This document shows, in pieces, positions 18,064 through 28,200 of a stretch of 39,421 nt of DNA. The DNA is from a virus (Duplodnaviria; Caudoviricetes). The notes beneath the pieces are model-generated. The model ran no database searches and had not been told where the DNA came from. It worked only from the letters and a program-made list of their open reading frames with translations. The translations under genes and the position numbers were made by a program. Positions within the stretch are counted from its first letter, which is position 1; each line of letters opens with the position of its first letter. The stretch covers positions 1-39,421 of the IMG/VR virus record IMGVR_UViG_3300045740_000083; one strand, 5' to 3'.

Positions 18064-18861
18064 ATGAAAGTACCTGATTTATTTGTTGGAAAGAGATTAT
18101 TTGTAGGTATAGGAAACCCCGAGTGTTTAGGTAGAGGTCCACTTGAAATTCGTGGATCTGCATACTTAGAAGGTCCAACTATTACTGGATCTCCATTAAC
18201 TTTCCCTAATGTCTGGGGAACCGTAATGATTGGTCCTCTTGCAAACTCAGAATCTCCTCCACCAATTATTCCTGGCGTTCTGGTTGCTTGTGGAATCGTA
18301 AATAATTCTCCGTACTCACTTTCTGTTGTTGGTGATGCTGCTATTTTCTCCAATTTGGATGTAGATGGTATCATCACTGCAGGAGCAATCGTAAGAGCAG
18401 GAGCACTCATTCAATCTCAAGGAGATGTTGTTGCTTTCTGTGGTGCTCATAGACTTTCTGCTAAGAAGAACTTTGATATTCCTCACCCAACAAAGGAAGG
18501 TTGGAGACTTACTCATACTTGTGTAGAAGGTCCTGAAGCAGCAGTTTATATTCGTGGAAGAGTGAGATCGAATGAAATAAGACTTCCTGAATATTGGAAA
18601 GGTCTTGTTGATATTACCACCATTACTGTAAATCTAACAGCAATCGGTGCTCATCAAGATGTTATCATCAAGAGATGGGATGACGAAAAAGTATATCTTC
18701 AAGCAAAAGGAGGTATGCCTATCGATTGCTTCTATCACATCATGGCAGAAAGAATCGATACAGAAAAACTTATTCCAGAATATGAAGGATCTATTGAAGA
18801 TTATCCTGGAGATAACTCTCAAAGATCGATTGCTGGATATCATTATGATACTAAGGAGTAA
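18064..18861 (+). CDS. Virion structural protein with a C-terminal chaperone-like domain
   Basis: K.FDIPHP.K.GWRL.H.C.EGPE..VY.RG....I.LP.YW..LV motif, as seen at the ends of phage fibre/spike proteins. Confidence 0.6.
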   Translation: MKVPDLFVGKRLFVGIGNPECLGRGPLEIRGSAYLEGPTITGSPLTFPNVWGTVMIGPLANSESPPPIIPGVLVACGIVNNSPYSLSVVGDAAIFSNLDVDGIITAGAIVRAGALIQSQGDVVAFCGAHRLSAKKNFDIPHPTKEGWRLTHTCVEGPEAAVYIRGRVRSNEIRLPEYWKGLVDITTITVNLTAIGAHQDVIIKRWDDEKVYLQAKGGMPIDCFYHIMAERIDTEKLIPEYEGSIEDYPGDNSQRSIAGYHYDTKE

Positions 18862-18865
18862 ATAA

Positions 18866-19150
18866 ATGCCTGAATTTAGTGGTTTTACACCAAGAGAAGC
18901 ACCAGAATTACCTGATGATCCAAACTCTGGTAGTTTGAGTATTGCTGGAGGTGGTTCTTTTGGATCCTTGGTCGTAAGTGGAACATCAACATTATCTGTT
19001 GTTTCCGCAGGAGTTACTGTTGGTCTGGGAACAACTTCAGCACCATCAAACTCTCAACTTACCTTTGAACTTACTAGTGATACAAACTTAAGAATCAAGG
19101 TCAGGGGATCTGATGGTGTGTTAAGGTCTGCAAATATTACTCTCGCATGA
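18866..19150 (+). CDS. Small putative structural protein
   Basis: 94 aa, G/S/T-rich. C-terminus LTFELTSDTNLRIKVRGSDGVLRSANITLA resembles fibre termini. Confidence 0.6.
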   Translation: MPEFSGFTPREAPELPDDPNSGSLSIAGGGSFGSLVVSGTSTLSVVSAGVTVGLGTTSAPSNSQLTFELTSDTNLRIKVRGSDGVLRSANITLA

Positions 19151-19153
19151 CCC

Positions 19154-19182
19154 TTGACAGGGCACCCGTGACCTGCTATATT
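19154..19182 (+). promoter_or_regulatory. sigma70-like early promoter
   Basis: TTGACA(19154-19159)-17 nt-TATATT(19177-19182), with an extended -10 TG. Confidence 0.75.
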
Positions 19183-19208
19183 ACTAAGGTAATCAACGGA
19201 CGAACCGA

Positions 19209-19391
19209 ATGCAAGACGAGTATCTGACACGATGCGTGGTTGATCCAATCAAACGAACCGTGTATCTGTACTCCAGTGAGGGGTCGGAAAAGGAAGTGGT
19301 CTGTGAGACCGTGGATGAATTTATGAACGTGTTAGACTTCGTTCGTGCCACAGTGGATGAGGATACTCTCTCCTACGCAAATCCACTTTAA
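19209..19391 (+). CDS. Small conserved cyanophage hypothetical protein
   Basis: 60-aa ORF directly downstream of the early promoter. Confidence 0.7.
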   Translation: MQDEYLTRCVVDPIKRTVYLYSSEGSEKEVVCETVDEFMNVLDFVRATVDEDTLSYANPL

Positions 19392-19449
19392 GTTCCATTT
19401 TTGGGGGGAAAAATTCCCGGCAAAATTTTAGTCCTATTACTTTTTCAAA
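19392..19449 (+). repeat. Intergenic element, copy 2 (copy 1 at 2683-2737)
   Basis: CATTTTT.GGGGGAAAAATTCCCGGCAAAA..ATTACTTTTT..ATG. Confidence 0.7.
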
Positions 19450-19629
19450 ATGCGTCCAGAGACAAGACAATCGATGGAAATGCTGTTCTCAGCAAAATGG
19501 AATGTGCCAACTGCAGCAGTAAACTGTGGTCTGACTAATAAAGAGATGAAGATTACATTTAATGAATACTGTCGTTTACATCCCCCCACTTATGTGGTAG
19601 AATCTAACAATCAACTCAGTCTTCTCTGA
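19450..19629 (+). CDS. Small hypothetical protein, 59 aa, not in the ORF track
   Basis: Manual translation: MRPETRQSMEMLFSAKWNVPTAAVNCGLTNKEMKITFNEYCRLHPPTYVVESNNQLSLL. It fills the gap exactly and has a possible HTH-like segment. Confidence 0.65.
   Translation: MRPETRQSMEMLFSAKWNVPTAAVNCGLTNKEMKITFNEYCRLHPPTYVVESNNQLSLL
19575..19603 (+). promoter_or_regulatory. sigma70-like promoter for tRNA-Leu, embedded in the upstream ORF
   Basis: TTTACA(19575-19580)-17 nt-TAGAAT(19598-19603), with an extended -10 TG. Confidence 0.55.
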
Positions 19630-19639
19630 GTTTTTTTAT

Positions 19640-19712
19640 GCCCGTGTAGCCCAGCGGAAGAGGCAGTGGACTTAAAATCCATCCAGGGTCGGTTCGAATC
19701 CGACCACGGGTA
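19640..19712 (+). tRNA. tRNA-Leu (anticodon UAA), short variable loop, no encoded CCA
   Basis: Acceptor stem GCCCGTG/CACGGGT, anticodon arm GTGGA-CTTAAAA-TCCAT, T arm GTCGG-TTCGAAT-CCGAC, discriminator A. Confidence 0.88.
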
Positions 19713-19756
19713 TGAGGTTTATCCTCTAAATAACCAAAAGTAATAGGAACCTTCCT

Positions 19757-20026
19757 ATGAAGTACAGAATTGATGCCAGATATTGTTGGTACAATAAAGG
19801 AACGATGATTGTTCTGATGTATTTCATAAATCAAGTTCCGTTTACTTTTGATGAACTTCCAGACGAATCCATTTACGATCTGGAACTAATCAAATTAGCA
19901 GATAACGAAAGACGATTTGAACCTGAGGACTTATACTATTCATCATTCTATTTGATTGATGAAGAATGCCATCCGATGTTATTTGAAGTTGAACTGGAAA
20001 ATCCCGAATTAATGCCAAATGATTGA
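19757..20026 (+). CDS. Acidic hypothetical protein
   Basis: 89-aa ORF preceded by AGGA and a TCTAAATA late-like promoter (19725-19732). Confidence 0.7.
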   Translation: MKYRIDARYCWYNKGTMIVLMYFINQVPFTFDELPDESIYDLELIKLADNERRFEPEDLYYSSFYLIDEECHPMLFEVELENPELMPND

Positions 20027-20627
20027 TTTACAATATGAGTCTAATTTTATCTTTCCAAAAGACTTATACATCAAGTTTCGTGCTCCAAATGCAGAAGAAT
20101 TTATTGATGCTTTAGAAAAAAATCCTCAGATGGTAAAAAATGATCAATTTGAGTGGGGGAAATTATACAGTTCTCCGGATAAAGTCCCCTTAGAAAATGA
20201 TGAATGGCAAAAATATTTAATTCCAAGTCTAAACAAATTTTCGGAAATTACAAAATTAAATTTCGGTTGGAAAGTTATTAATTGCTGGTTGAATTTATAT
20301 AAAAAAGGTGATTATCAAGAAATTCATAATCATGATGGTATTTTTAATGAGATAGCAGTTAATTTGTCTTGTGTGTTTTTTGTAAATAATGGTGAAAATT
20401 TTTCAGACTTTTATTTCTTTGATGTAAATCATAGTCACATAAATCATTTGTGGACTGAAATTTATAGATCTTCGACGGTTTTTAAACTTCATGCAGAAGC
20501 TGGAGATATATTGTTTTTCCCAACTCATTTGTTTCATAACGTCTCTCCACATAAAAGTGATATTATTAGAAAAACATTCTCGGCAAATATCATGGTTACT
20601 GAAATTAAACCTATGGAACCTCAGTAA
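20019..20627 (+). CDS. 2OG-Fe(II) oxygenase (TIGR02466-like)
   Basis: WLNLY..GDYQEIHNH, LSCVFF, GDILFFP..L.H.V.PH and RKTFSAN motifs. Confidence 0.85.
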   Translation: MIDLQYESNFIFPKDLYIKFRAPNAEEFIDALEKNPQMVKNDQFEWGKLYSSPDKVPLENDEWQKYLIPSLNKFSEITKLNFGWKVINCWLNLYKKGDYQEIHNHDGIFNEIAVNLSCVFFVNNGENFSDFYFFDVNHSHINHLWTEIYRSSTVFKLHAEAGDILFFPTHLFHNVSPHKSDIIRKTFSANIMVTEIKPMEPQ

Positions 20628-20650
20628 AGTTTATATACATAATTTAATAT

Positions 20651-20722
20651 GCCTCTTTAGCTCAGCGGTAGAGCAACGGTTTTGTAAACCGTTGGTCATC
20701 GGTTCGATTCCGATAGGGGGCT
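20651..20722 (+). tRNA. tRNA-Thr (anticodon UGU), no encoded CCA
   Basis: Acceptor stem GCCTCTT/AGGGGGC, D arm GCTC/GAGC, anticodon arm ACGGT-TTTGTAA-ACCGT, T arm ATCGG-TTCGATT-CCGAT. Confidence 0.93.
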
Positions 20723-20741
20723 TAAGTGATAAATTTAATTT

Positions 20742-21236
20742 ATGATTTTAAAGTATAATTATTCTCATATTATAAGCAAAGAAGATCAAAAGAGAGCAAT
20801 AAAACTTACTGATAATTTAATTAGAAAGGGAGATTGGCATAAAACATCTCCAAAATTTCAAACTTTGCCAAATTTGCACACTTATGAAGAATTTAAAATA
20901 TTTACAAATACTTTCATAGACTCTTGTTTCAATTATTTGAATATTATTTTTGATTATAAAATCAAAATGTGGGTGTATAGAGATAATAGATTTAATAGTA
21001 AAAAGAAAAACCCATCACAGCAGTGGCATGAACATTCGTCAGGTAAGTTAAACAGACTTTCTGGAATATATTACTTACAAAATTTAAGAAATGAAGGAAC
21101 AGAATTTAAAAATTTTAACGTAATACCTGAATTATATACTTGGTACATATTTCCATCACATCTTTTACATAAACCACCAGTAATAAAATCTTTTAGAAAT
21201 AGATATACTATAGCAGCCGATTTTGAGTATAGTTAA
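20742..21236 (+). CDS. 2OG-Fe(II) oxygenase-like protein
   Basis: WHEH, LSGIYYL, GTEF, IFPS.L.H.P and RYTIAAD motifs. Very AT-rich. Confidence 0.8.
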   Translation: MILKYNYSHIISKEDQKRAIKLTDNLIRKGDWHKTSPKFQTLPNLHTYEEFKIFTNTFIDSCFNYLNIIFDYKIKMWVYRDNRFNSKKKNPSQQWHEHSSGKLNRLSGIYYLQNLRNEGTEFKNFNVIPELYTWYIFPSHLLHKPPVIKSFRNRYTIAADFEYS

Positions 21237-21238
21237 AA

Positions 21239-21397
21239 ATGTCACTTATTTCACAACAAGACCGTAAGATGGTCATAGAAGCACTTGAATATTATGTTCA
21301 AAAACTTAAGGAAGATAATCGCACAGAAGCTTCCATTACTTCATTTCAAACCCTCCTTAACTGGATCGAACTGGAGCATTTCAAAAATGAAAATTAA
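21239..21397 (+). CDS. Small hypothetical protein, 52 aa, not in the ORF track
   Basis: Manual translation: MSLISQQDRKMVIEALEYYVQKLKEDNRTEASITSFQTLLNWIELEHFKNEN. Starts 2 nt after the previous stop. Confidence 0.65.
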   Translation: MSLISQQDRKMVIEALEYYVQKLKEDNRTEASITSFQTLLNWIELEHFKNEN

Positions 21398-21560
21398 TCT
21401 TTGGTATTGTTCTGATATGAATCAGTGGCGTTGGACTTTGACTGATAATACCCGTCCTATTTGTAGACAAGAATCTGGACAAAGACCTTTTCTTCGTGAT
21501 GCGATGAATGACGTTGCTAACACTGTAGAATATATGTTAGAATGCAAACAAAGTGAGTAA
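21387..21560 (+). CDS. Small conserved hypothetical protein
   Basis: MKINLWYCSDMNQWRWTL...QESGQ...LRDAMNDVANTVEY. Start moved from TTG 21285 to ATG 21387. Confidence 0.65.
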   Translation: MKINLWYCSDMNQWRWTLTDNTRPICRQESGQRPFLRDAMNDVANTVEYMLECKQSE

Positions 21561-21570
21561 AAATACTTAG

Positions 21571-22179
21571 ATGAAATCAGATTTTTATATAGATAAGGTA
21601 GGTAAAGAAGAAATCAAAGATCTTCTTTATACCTATCATTATCTTAAAGACGAATCAAAAGATTTTAAATCTGGTTTCAACTATGGGCTTTTCAGATCCT
21701 CGGTTTCTGACATTCTTAGGGTTGGTGGTTGCTTGGGCACTTGTGTCTTTACTGGCCTCCCCGTCCCAGAAATAGCAGTAGGTGCTTTTGGATTACAAAG
21801 GCATGAGCAAGATGGTATCTATGAACTTTCAAGACTTTGTATTCATCCAGATGTTCAGAAAGAAGAATATAATATCACATCTTGGTTCGTCAGTCGTTGC
21901 ATAAGGAGATTTAGAAAAGATGCCTCAGTTCGTGCTATTCTTAGTTACGCTGACTCTAATCACCACACTGGAGTTATATACCGAGCTTGCAATTTTCAAT
22001 ACTACGGTCTAACTACACCTAAGAAGGATTTTTATTATGCTGACGGAACTAAGCATTCTAGAGGTAGCATTAGAGGTGTTGATGGTGAGTGGAGGGATCG
22101 CTCTCGTAAACATCGGTATCTTATGGTATTCGATGAGGGACTCAGAAAAAGGTTGACATGGAAGGAAGAAAAGTGGTAA
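21571..22179 (+). CDS. Mom-like GNAT-fold protein (putative DNA base modification)
   Basis: HYL, ELSRLC, SWFVSR, ILSYAD...H.G.IY.A.NF.Y.G and terminal K.RY motifs match Mom-like acetyltransferases. Confidence 0.7.
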   Translation: MKSDFYIDKVGKEEIKDLLYTYHYLKDESKDFKSGFNYGLFRSSVSDILRVGGCLGTCVFTGLPVPEIAVGAFGLQRHEQDGIYELSRLCIHPDVQKEEYNITSWFVSRCIRRFRKDASVRAILSYADSNHHTGVIYRACNFQYYGLTTPKKDFYYADGTKHSRGSIRGVDGEWRDRSRKHRYLMVFDEGLRKRLTWKEEKW

Positions 22180-22182
22180 TAT
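22153..22182 (+). promoter_or_regulatory. sigma70-like promoter at the end of the Mom-like gene
   Basis: TTGACA(22153-22158)-18 nt-TAATAT(22177-22182), with an extended -10 TG. Confidence 0.55.
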
Positions 22183-22223
22183 ATAAGTGGTGATACTGAA
22201 CCAAAACCCCTTCCGTGTGGCTT

Positions 22224-22250
22224 GAGAACCTCCTTCGGGAGGTTTTCTTG
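22224..22250 (+). terminator. Rho-independent terminator with a C(UUCG)G tetraloop
   Basis: GAGAACCTCC-TTCG-GGAGGTTTTC stem-loop followed by T-rich sequence. Confidence 0.85.
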
Positions 22251-22253
22251 TAT

Positions 22254-22261
22254 CATAAATA
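22254..22261 (+). promoter_or_regulatory. Late promoter (CATAAATA) for the large structural gene
   Basis: CATAAATA lies just after the terminator and 31 nt before ATG 22293. Confidence 0.6.
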
Positions 22262-22292
22262 ATCCATAACGGAAACTATAAGCATTAATAAG

Positions 22293-25200
22293 ATGGGTCT
22301 CTCCAGATTAGATAATTTTCTGAAATCAACTCGTGGAACCATTCTCTATGTTGATCCAAGCAGTTTAGATTCGACCGATAGTATCGAGAATCAGGGAAAC
22401 AGTCTCGCAAGACCTTTTAAGACGATTCAAAGGGCACTGATCGAGGCATCTAGATTCTCGTACCAAAGAGGATTAGATAACGATAGATTCAATAAGACCA
22501 CGATTGTTTTATATCCTGGAGATCACCTTGTAGATAATCGTCCTGGTTATATTCCTGATGGAGCCAACAACTTTAGACTTCGTAGTGGAGCAACGACAGA
22601 TAATCTTCCTCCATTTGATTTAACAACTAATTTTGATCTTACAACCGAAGATAACGCACTTTACAAACTGAATTCAATTCATGGCGGAGTTATTATTCCT
22701 CGTGGAACTTCAATTGTTGGTATGGATCTTCGTAAGACTAAGATTCGTCCTAAGTATGTTCCAAACCCAGAAAATGATCAGATTGAGAGATCTGCAGTTT
22801 TCCGTGTAACTGGTGGTTGCTATCTTTGGCAGTTCAGTATTCTTGATGCTGACCCAAATGGAATTTGCTATAAGGATTATACAACTAATATCTTTGTTCC
22901 TAACTTCTCGCACCACAAACTCGCAGCATTTGAGTATGCTGATGGTGTGAATAATGTAAGTATTGCTGATGATTTCCAGACTTATTCTACAGATAGAACT
23001 GATCTGGATATGTATTATGAGAAGGTTGGTATTGTTTATGGACAAGCAAGTGGTCGTCCAATTGAACCTGATTATCCTTCATCTACTCTCGATATTCAGG
23101 CAGTTGTTGATGAATATCGTATCGTTGGTTCTCGTGGTGCTGAAGTTGGTATTTCCAGCATCAAAGCAGGTAATGGTATTACTCCAACAACTACAATTAC
23201 TGTAACTCTCCAAGAGGAACTTCCTGGTCTGAATGTTGATACTCCTATCAGTATTCAAGGAATTACTGCTGCTGGTTATAACGGTCAATATGTTGTATCT
23301 GAAGTTAATAGTTCAACTGAGATTGTTTACCAAGTACAAAATGCTCCTGCAAATGCTCTTCCATCAGCAACTGGAGCAACTCTGAATATTGCTGTAGATA
23401 CAGTAACTTCTGCTTCTCCTTATATCTTCAACATCTCCATGCGTTCTGTTTATGGAATGTGTGGTCTACTTGCTGATGGTAGCAAGGCTGATGGATTTAA
23501 GAGTATGGTTATTGCACAGTTCACTGGTATTGGACTGCAAAAAGATGATAAAGCATTTGTAAAATACGATTCTACATCAGGAACTTACAAAGACTATACT
23601 GTTATTAGTAGTCTTCATACAGATTCTCGTGCTAAATTCAGACCCGAATATGAGAACTTCCATATTAAGGCAACTAATAATGCATTCTTACAGTTAGTAT
23701 CCATCTTTGCAATTGGTTACGCCCAGCACTTTGTTGCAGAATCTGGTGGTGACCACTCGATTACTAACTCAAACTCTAACTTTGGTGCAAAGTCTTTAGT
23801 TGCTTCTGGATATAGAAATGAAGCATTCCCAAGAGACGATATTGGATATATTACTCATATCATTCCACCAAAAGAAAACGTAGAAACTGAAACAAGTATT
23901 GAGTTTGTTGCAATTGATGTTGGTGTAACTACTTCTGTTTCTGCAGGTGCTGCTACTACAAGTAAGTTGTATCTTTATAATGAATTAAACAGAGATGTTC
24001 CTCCAACAACTACAATTGATGGATATCGTGTTGGTGCAAAACAAAACGATAGATTATTCGTTCAGATTTCTCAGGCAGGAATCACTACAGAATATTCGGC
24101 AAGAATCATTATGCCAAATACGGCAGGTGGTTCTGAAACTTCTTATCAGAAATCTTTTGCTGTTGGTAGAAATGCTGGCATTAATAGCATTACAGCAAAT
24201 GTAGTGACACTTGGACAAAATCATACATTTATTTCTGGAGAATCTATCAGAGTATTTGCCGAGAACGGTCATTTACCTGATGGATTAGAAAATAATCAAG
24301 TATACTATGCGATCACTAATACAATTGATGGTGCTCTTAATGCAAATCAAATTAAGATTGCACAGTCACTAAATGATGCTCTCAGAAATTCATCTCTTAC
24401 TATTAACAACAAAGGTGGAATTCTTAAAGTTGTAAGTAGAGTATCCGATAAATTACCAGGAGAAATTGGACACCCTGTTCAGTTTGATACTCAGTGGTAT
24501 GTAAACGTTGCTACTGCTTCTTCAGAAAATTCACTTTATGGTGCAATTGTTGGACTTGGAACTGCAAATCTCGGACAAGCAACACCAAGATCATACATCA
24601 AGAGAACTCCAGATACTCGTAGTATAATTGACACTACATATCGTCTGAGATATGTCCTTCCTAAGGATTCAAGTCTCTCGGCAAGACCTCCTCTTGATGG
24701 ATATATCATCCAAGAATCTGGTAATGTAATTGGTTCTGGAACAACAGAAATTGTAAAATATTTCAATCCATCTACAGCAACTCTTTCCAACTCAACAGAA
24801 CTGAGAAACTTTAGATTCATCGCAAATGCTGAGTGGGATGGAACTTATGCTAAGATCACCACAGAACTTCCTCATAATCTTACTGTAGGTTCTCAAGTTG
24901 AAGTTATTAACATAAAGAGCACTGCAAATCCTGTAGGTGTTGCTAACTCTGAATATAATGGAACCTTTACTGTTGCTGGCATCACAAGCACAAAACAGTT
25001 TAGTTATGCTCTGGATAGCAATCCAGGAACCTTTACAAATGATACTTCAGTAAGAAATTCAAGTCTCCCTTACTTCAGAAGAAAGACTTTTGCGGGAACT
25101 TATCAGATTTACAGAAGCCAAGAGATCAAAAAGTATGTTCCTGGCATCCAAGATGGTGTTTACCACTTAATTGTTACAAATTCATCTAACTCACCTACAG

Positions 25201-28200
25201 TCGAACCATTTACATCATTAAGATTCTCTCAACCAATTCAGAATCTTTATCCTCAAACAAATAGAGATAATGTAGTTTCTGATCCAGAAGCAGCAACTTG
25301 TTTTGCACTTCCAGACACAATCGGTCAAGTTGTTGTAAATGATTCTCAGAGAAGTATCACTAAAGAATCATTAGGTGCTGGATTCCTTGATTTTAATGTT
25401 GGTGTTGGTCTAACAAATGTAGTATCAAACTCAGCAGGAACTGCACATACATTCTATACCAGACTTGATCATGGATTTGCTGGTATCACTTCTGTCAGTA
25501 TTGTAACTGGAGGTGCTGCTTATGGTTCTGGTTCTTCCGGAAATGCATATAATGCAAGACTTGTGGGATTTGCTGGTTCCACAACAGGTCAAAATGCAAC
25601 TGCACAAGTAACCTTTGATAGTTCTGGAACAATTACTTCTATCCAGATTATGGATGGTGGTAGTGCATATGGTATTGGTAATACACTCTCTGTTGTAGGT
25701 ATTGCAACAACAACTGGATTTACCGAGGCGGTTGTTGAAGTTACTCATATTGAAGACTCAATTAATAACTCTATTCATCTTTATGGAGTTACTCCAGAGT
25801 CTAATAATGAATACAATAGTCTTTACAGAATCTCTGGAATTACTACTGGAAATACTAAACAGTTTGAAGTTGTTTCTGCAAATCCAATCAACAATCCATC
25901 TCAAGTTGGTCTTGGAATAACTGCAACTCTAACCTCAAATGCTGTTTCTGCTGGTAAGGCTCTTGGAGTTTCCACAATTTCTTACCTGCCTTCTTCTGGT
26001 TTATCGACAATTACATTCTATAATGCTCATGGATTGTTTGTTGGTAACAAGGTAAGAATTGGTGGAGCATCTGATAACTTCTTCAATAAAGATGTAGTTG
26101 TAACTAAGATTAACGGACAATCATCTCTGACTGTTAATGTTGGACTCGGAACAACTGTTGTTGGAACTGGAGGAAGCATCTTTGTTTACAGATATGCAAT
26201 TTCTTCAAACTCTGGTGATGTTACTAATGATAATGAAAATATTGGGGGAAGACTTCTAACTGAATATGCTGGTATTACAACGACTCTGAATGCTGATATT
26301 CTTGGTAGTGATCCAGATACAACTCCACTTACAATTGTTGGGGCAGATACCTTAGGATTAAAAATTGGTGATTATCTGCAAGTAGATGAAGAAATTTTCA
26401 GAGTAAAAGAAACAGTATCTGGAAACTCTGTAAATGTTTTCCGTGAGTTGTTTGGAACTTCAAGAGAAACTCATACAACTGGAACAATAGTTAAGAAGAT
26501 CAATCTAAGACCAATTGAACTTCGTAGAAATTCTATTATCCGTGCATCAGGACATACATTTGAGTATCTTGGTTTTGGTCCTGGTAACTATTCAACTGCA
26601 TTACCAGAAAGACAAGATAGAATTGTTTCTCCTCAAGAAGAACTGATTGCTCAAAGTACAAAAGTTGACGGTGGTATTAGCATCTTCACTGCGATGAACA
26701 GTGATGGCGATTTCTATACTGGCAATAAGAAAGTCAACTCAGCAACAGGTCAAGAAGAAGTATTTGATGCACCTGTTCCAACAGTAACTGGTGAAGAAAT
26801 TGATACTGGAAATATCAGTGTTGGTTTTGATGTTCTGACACCACTCGAAGCATCAATTACAAGGTCACTGAGAGTTGAAGGTGGTCCTGATGGAAATCTT
26901 GTTTCCGAATTTGATGGTCCTGTTATCTTTAATAATAAAATTACATCAAATTCAAGTAAAGGTATTGAGGCAACTTCACTCTTCCTTCAGGGAACTGAGA
27001 ATGTTTCAAGAAAATATACCATTAGCAATACAAAACCAACTCTTGCTGGTAACTATGGTGATATCAACTTTAATTCGTTACCAAACAAGTATGGATTTGT
27101 TGGTTGGAGTTATGTAACTACAAACACTTGGGAACCATTTGGATTTATCGGTGGTCAAGGTGTTGGTATTTCATCTGGTGGTTCTTATGTTGGTTTCTCA
27201 ACTTTACTGAATTTGGTTGCTACTGGATTTACTTTTGGTGTATCTTATGATTCAGCATCAGGCATTAGCACTATTACTTGGGATGCTGATCCAAGAATTG
27301 GAATTTACACTGGAGCAAATGCATCAAACTTCTTAGGAAGAGTTAAAAATCTCAACTTTGTAGGTGGAGCAATTACTCTATCTGGTGGAACTGATGTAGG
27401 TATTGCAACAATTTATATTTCAACTACAGGAGTTGCTGGAACAAATCCAGGACTTCCTTTAAACTCCTTACAGTGGAATAATAATGATGCGTTTAATGGA
27501 ACTCCAATTGCTTTCTATGATCCAAATCTTGGTCAAATTAGATTTGGAAGTGATACTAATATTCTGAATTCAATATTCTTTAATAGTGCAGGTTCTGTTG
27601 GTTTTGCATCTACTCAACCAACATCAAAAGTTGAAATTGTTGCAGATAATGAAACCTCACTCTATATCAAGTCTACAAGTGGAACTGATATTGTAAGAGT
27701 TGATAATTCACTGAATGATACAACTCCATTCATTATTGATGCAAATGGAAGAGTTGGTATTAATACAGGAACTACTGTTGCGGCTCTTGATGTTGTAGGA
27801 AATGCTGCTATTACTGGAGCAGTTAGAATTTATGAGATTGACAGAAGCAATTACGTTGGTCTTCAAGTTGGTTCTTTAGGTTCAAATCTAACCTTCACAC
27901 TTCCAACTTCTTATGGTAGTGCTAATCAGGTTCTGACTGATAATGGATCAGGAACTCTTTCTTGGACTAGTGTTTCTAGACAGAATGTTGCTGCCGGTAA
28001 TGGCATTTCTCTTACAAATGCAACTTCTGGTGGTATTACAACTTCCACGATTACCAACACAGGAGTTACAAAAATAATCGCAGGACTTGGAGTTTCCATA
28101 AGCCCTGCGAGTGGAACTGGTGATGTAACTGTTACCGCAAGTGGTGGTTCTGGAACTTTATATCCATTTACTACTCGTGGATTTAGTTATGTCTTAATTT

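Noticed and set aside
19616-20745. ORFs 19616-19834 (-) and 20491-20745 (+)
   Set aside because: They overlap well-formed tRNA genes and better-supported CDSs.
21285-21386. N-terminal extension of the 21285-21560 ORF
   Set aside because: It overlaps a better-fitting 52-aa ORF (21239-21397). ATG 21387 is the more plausible start.
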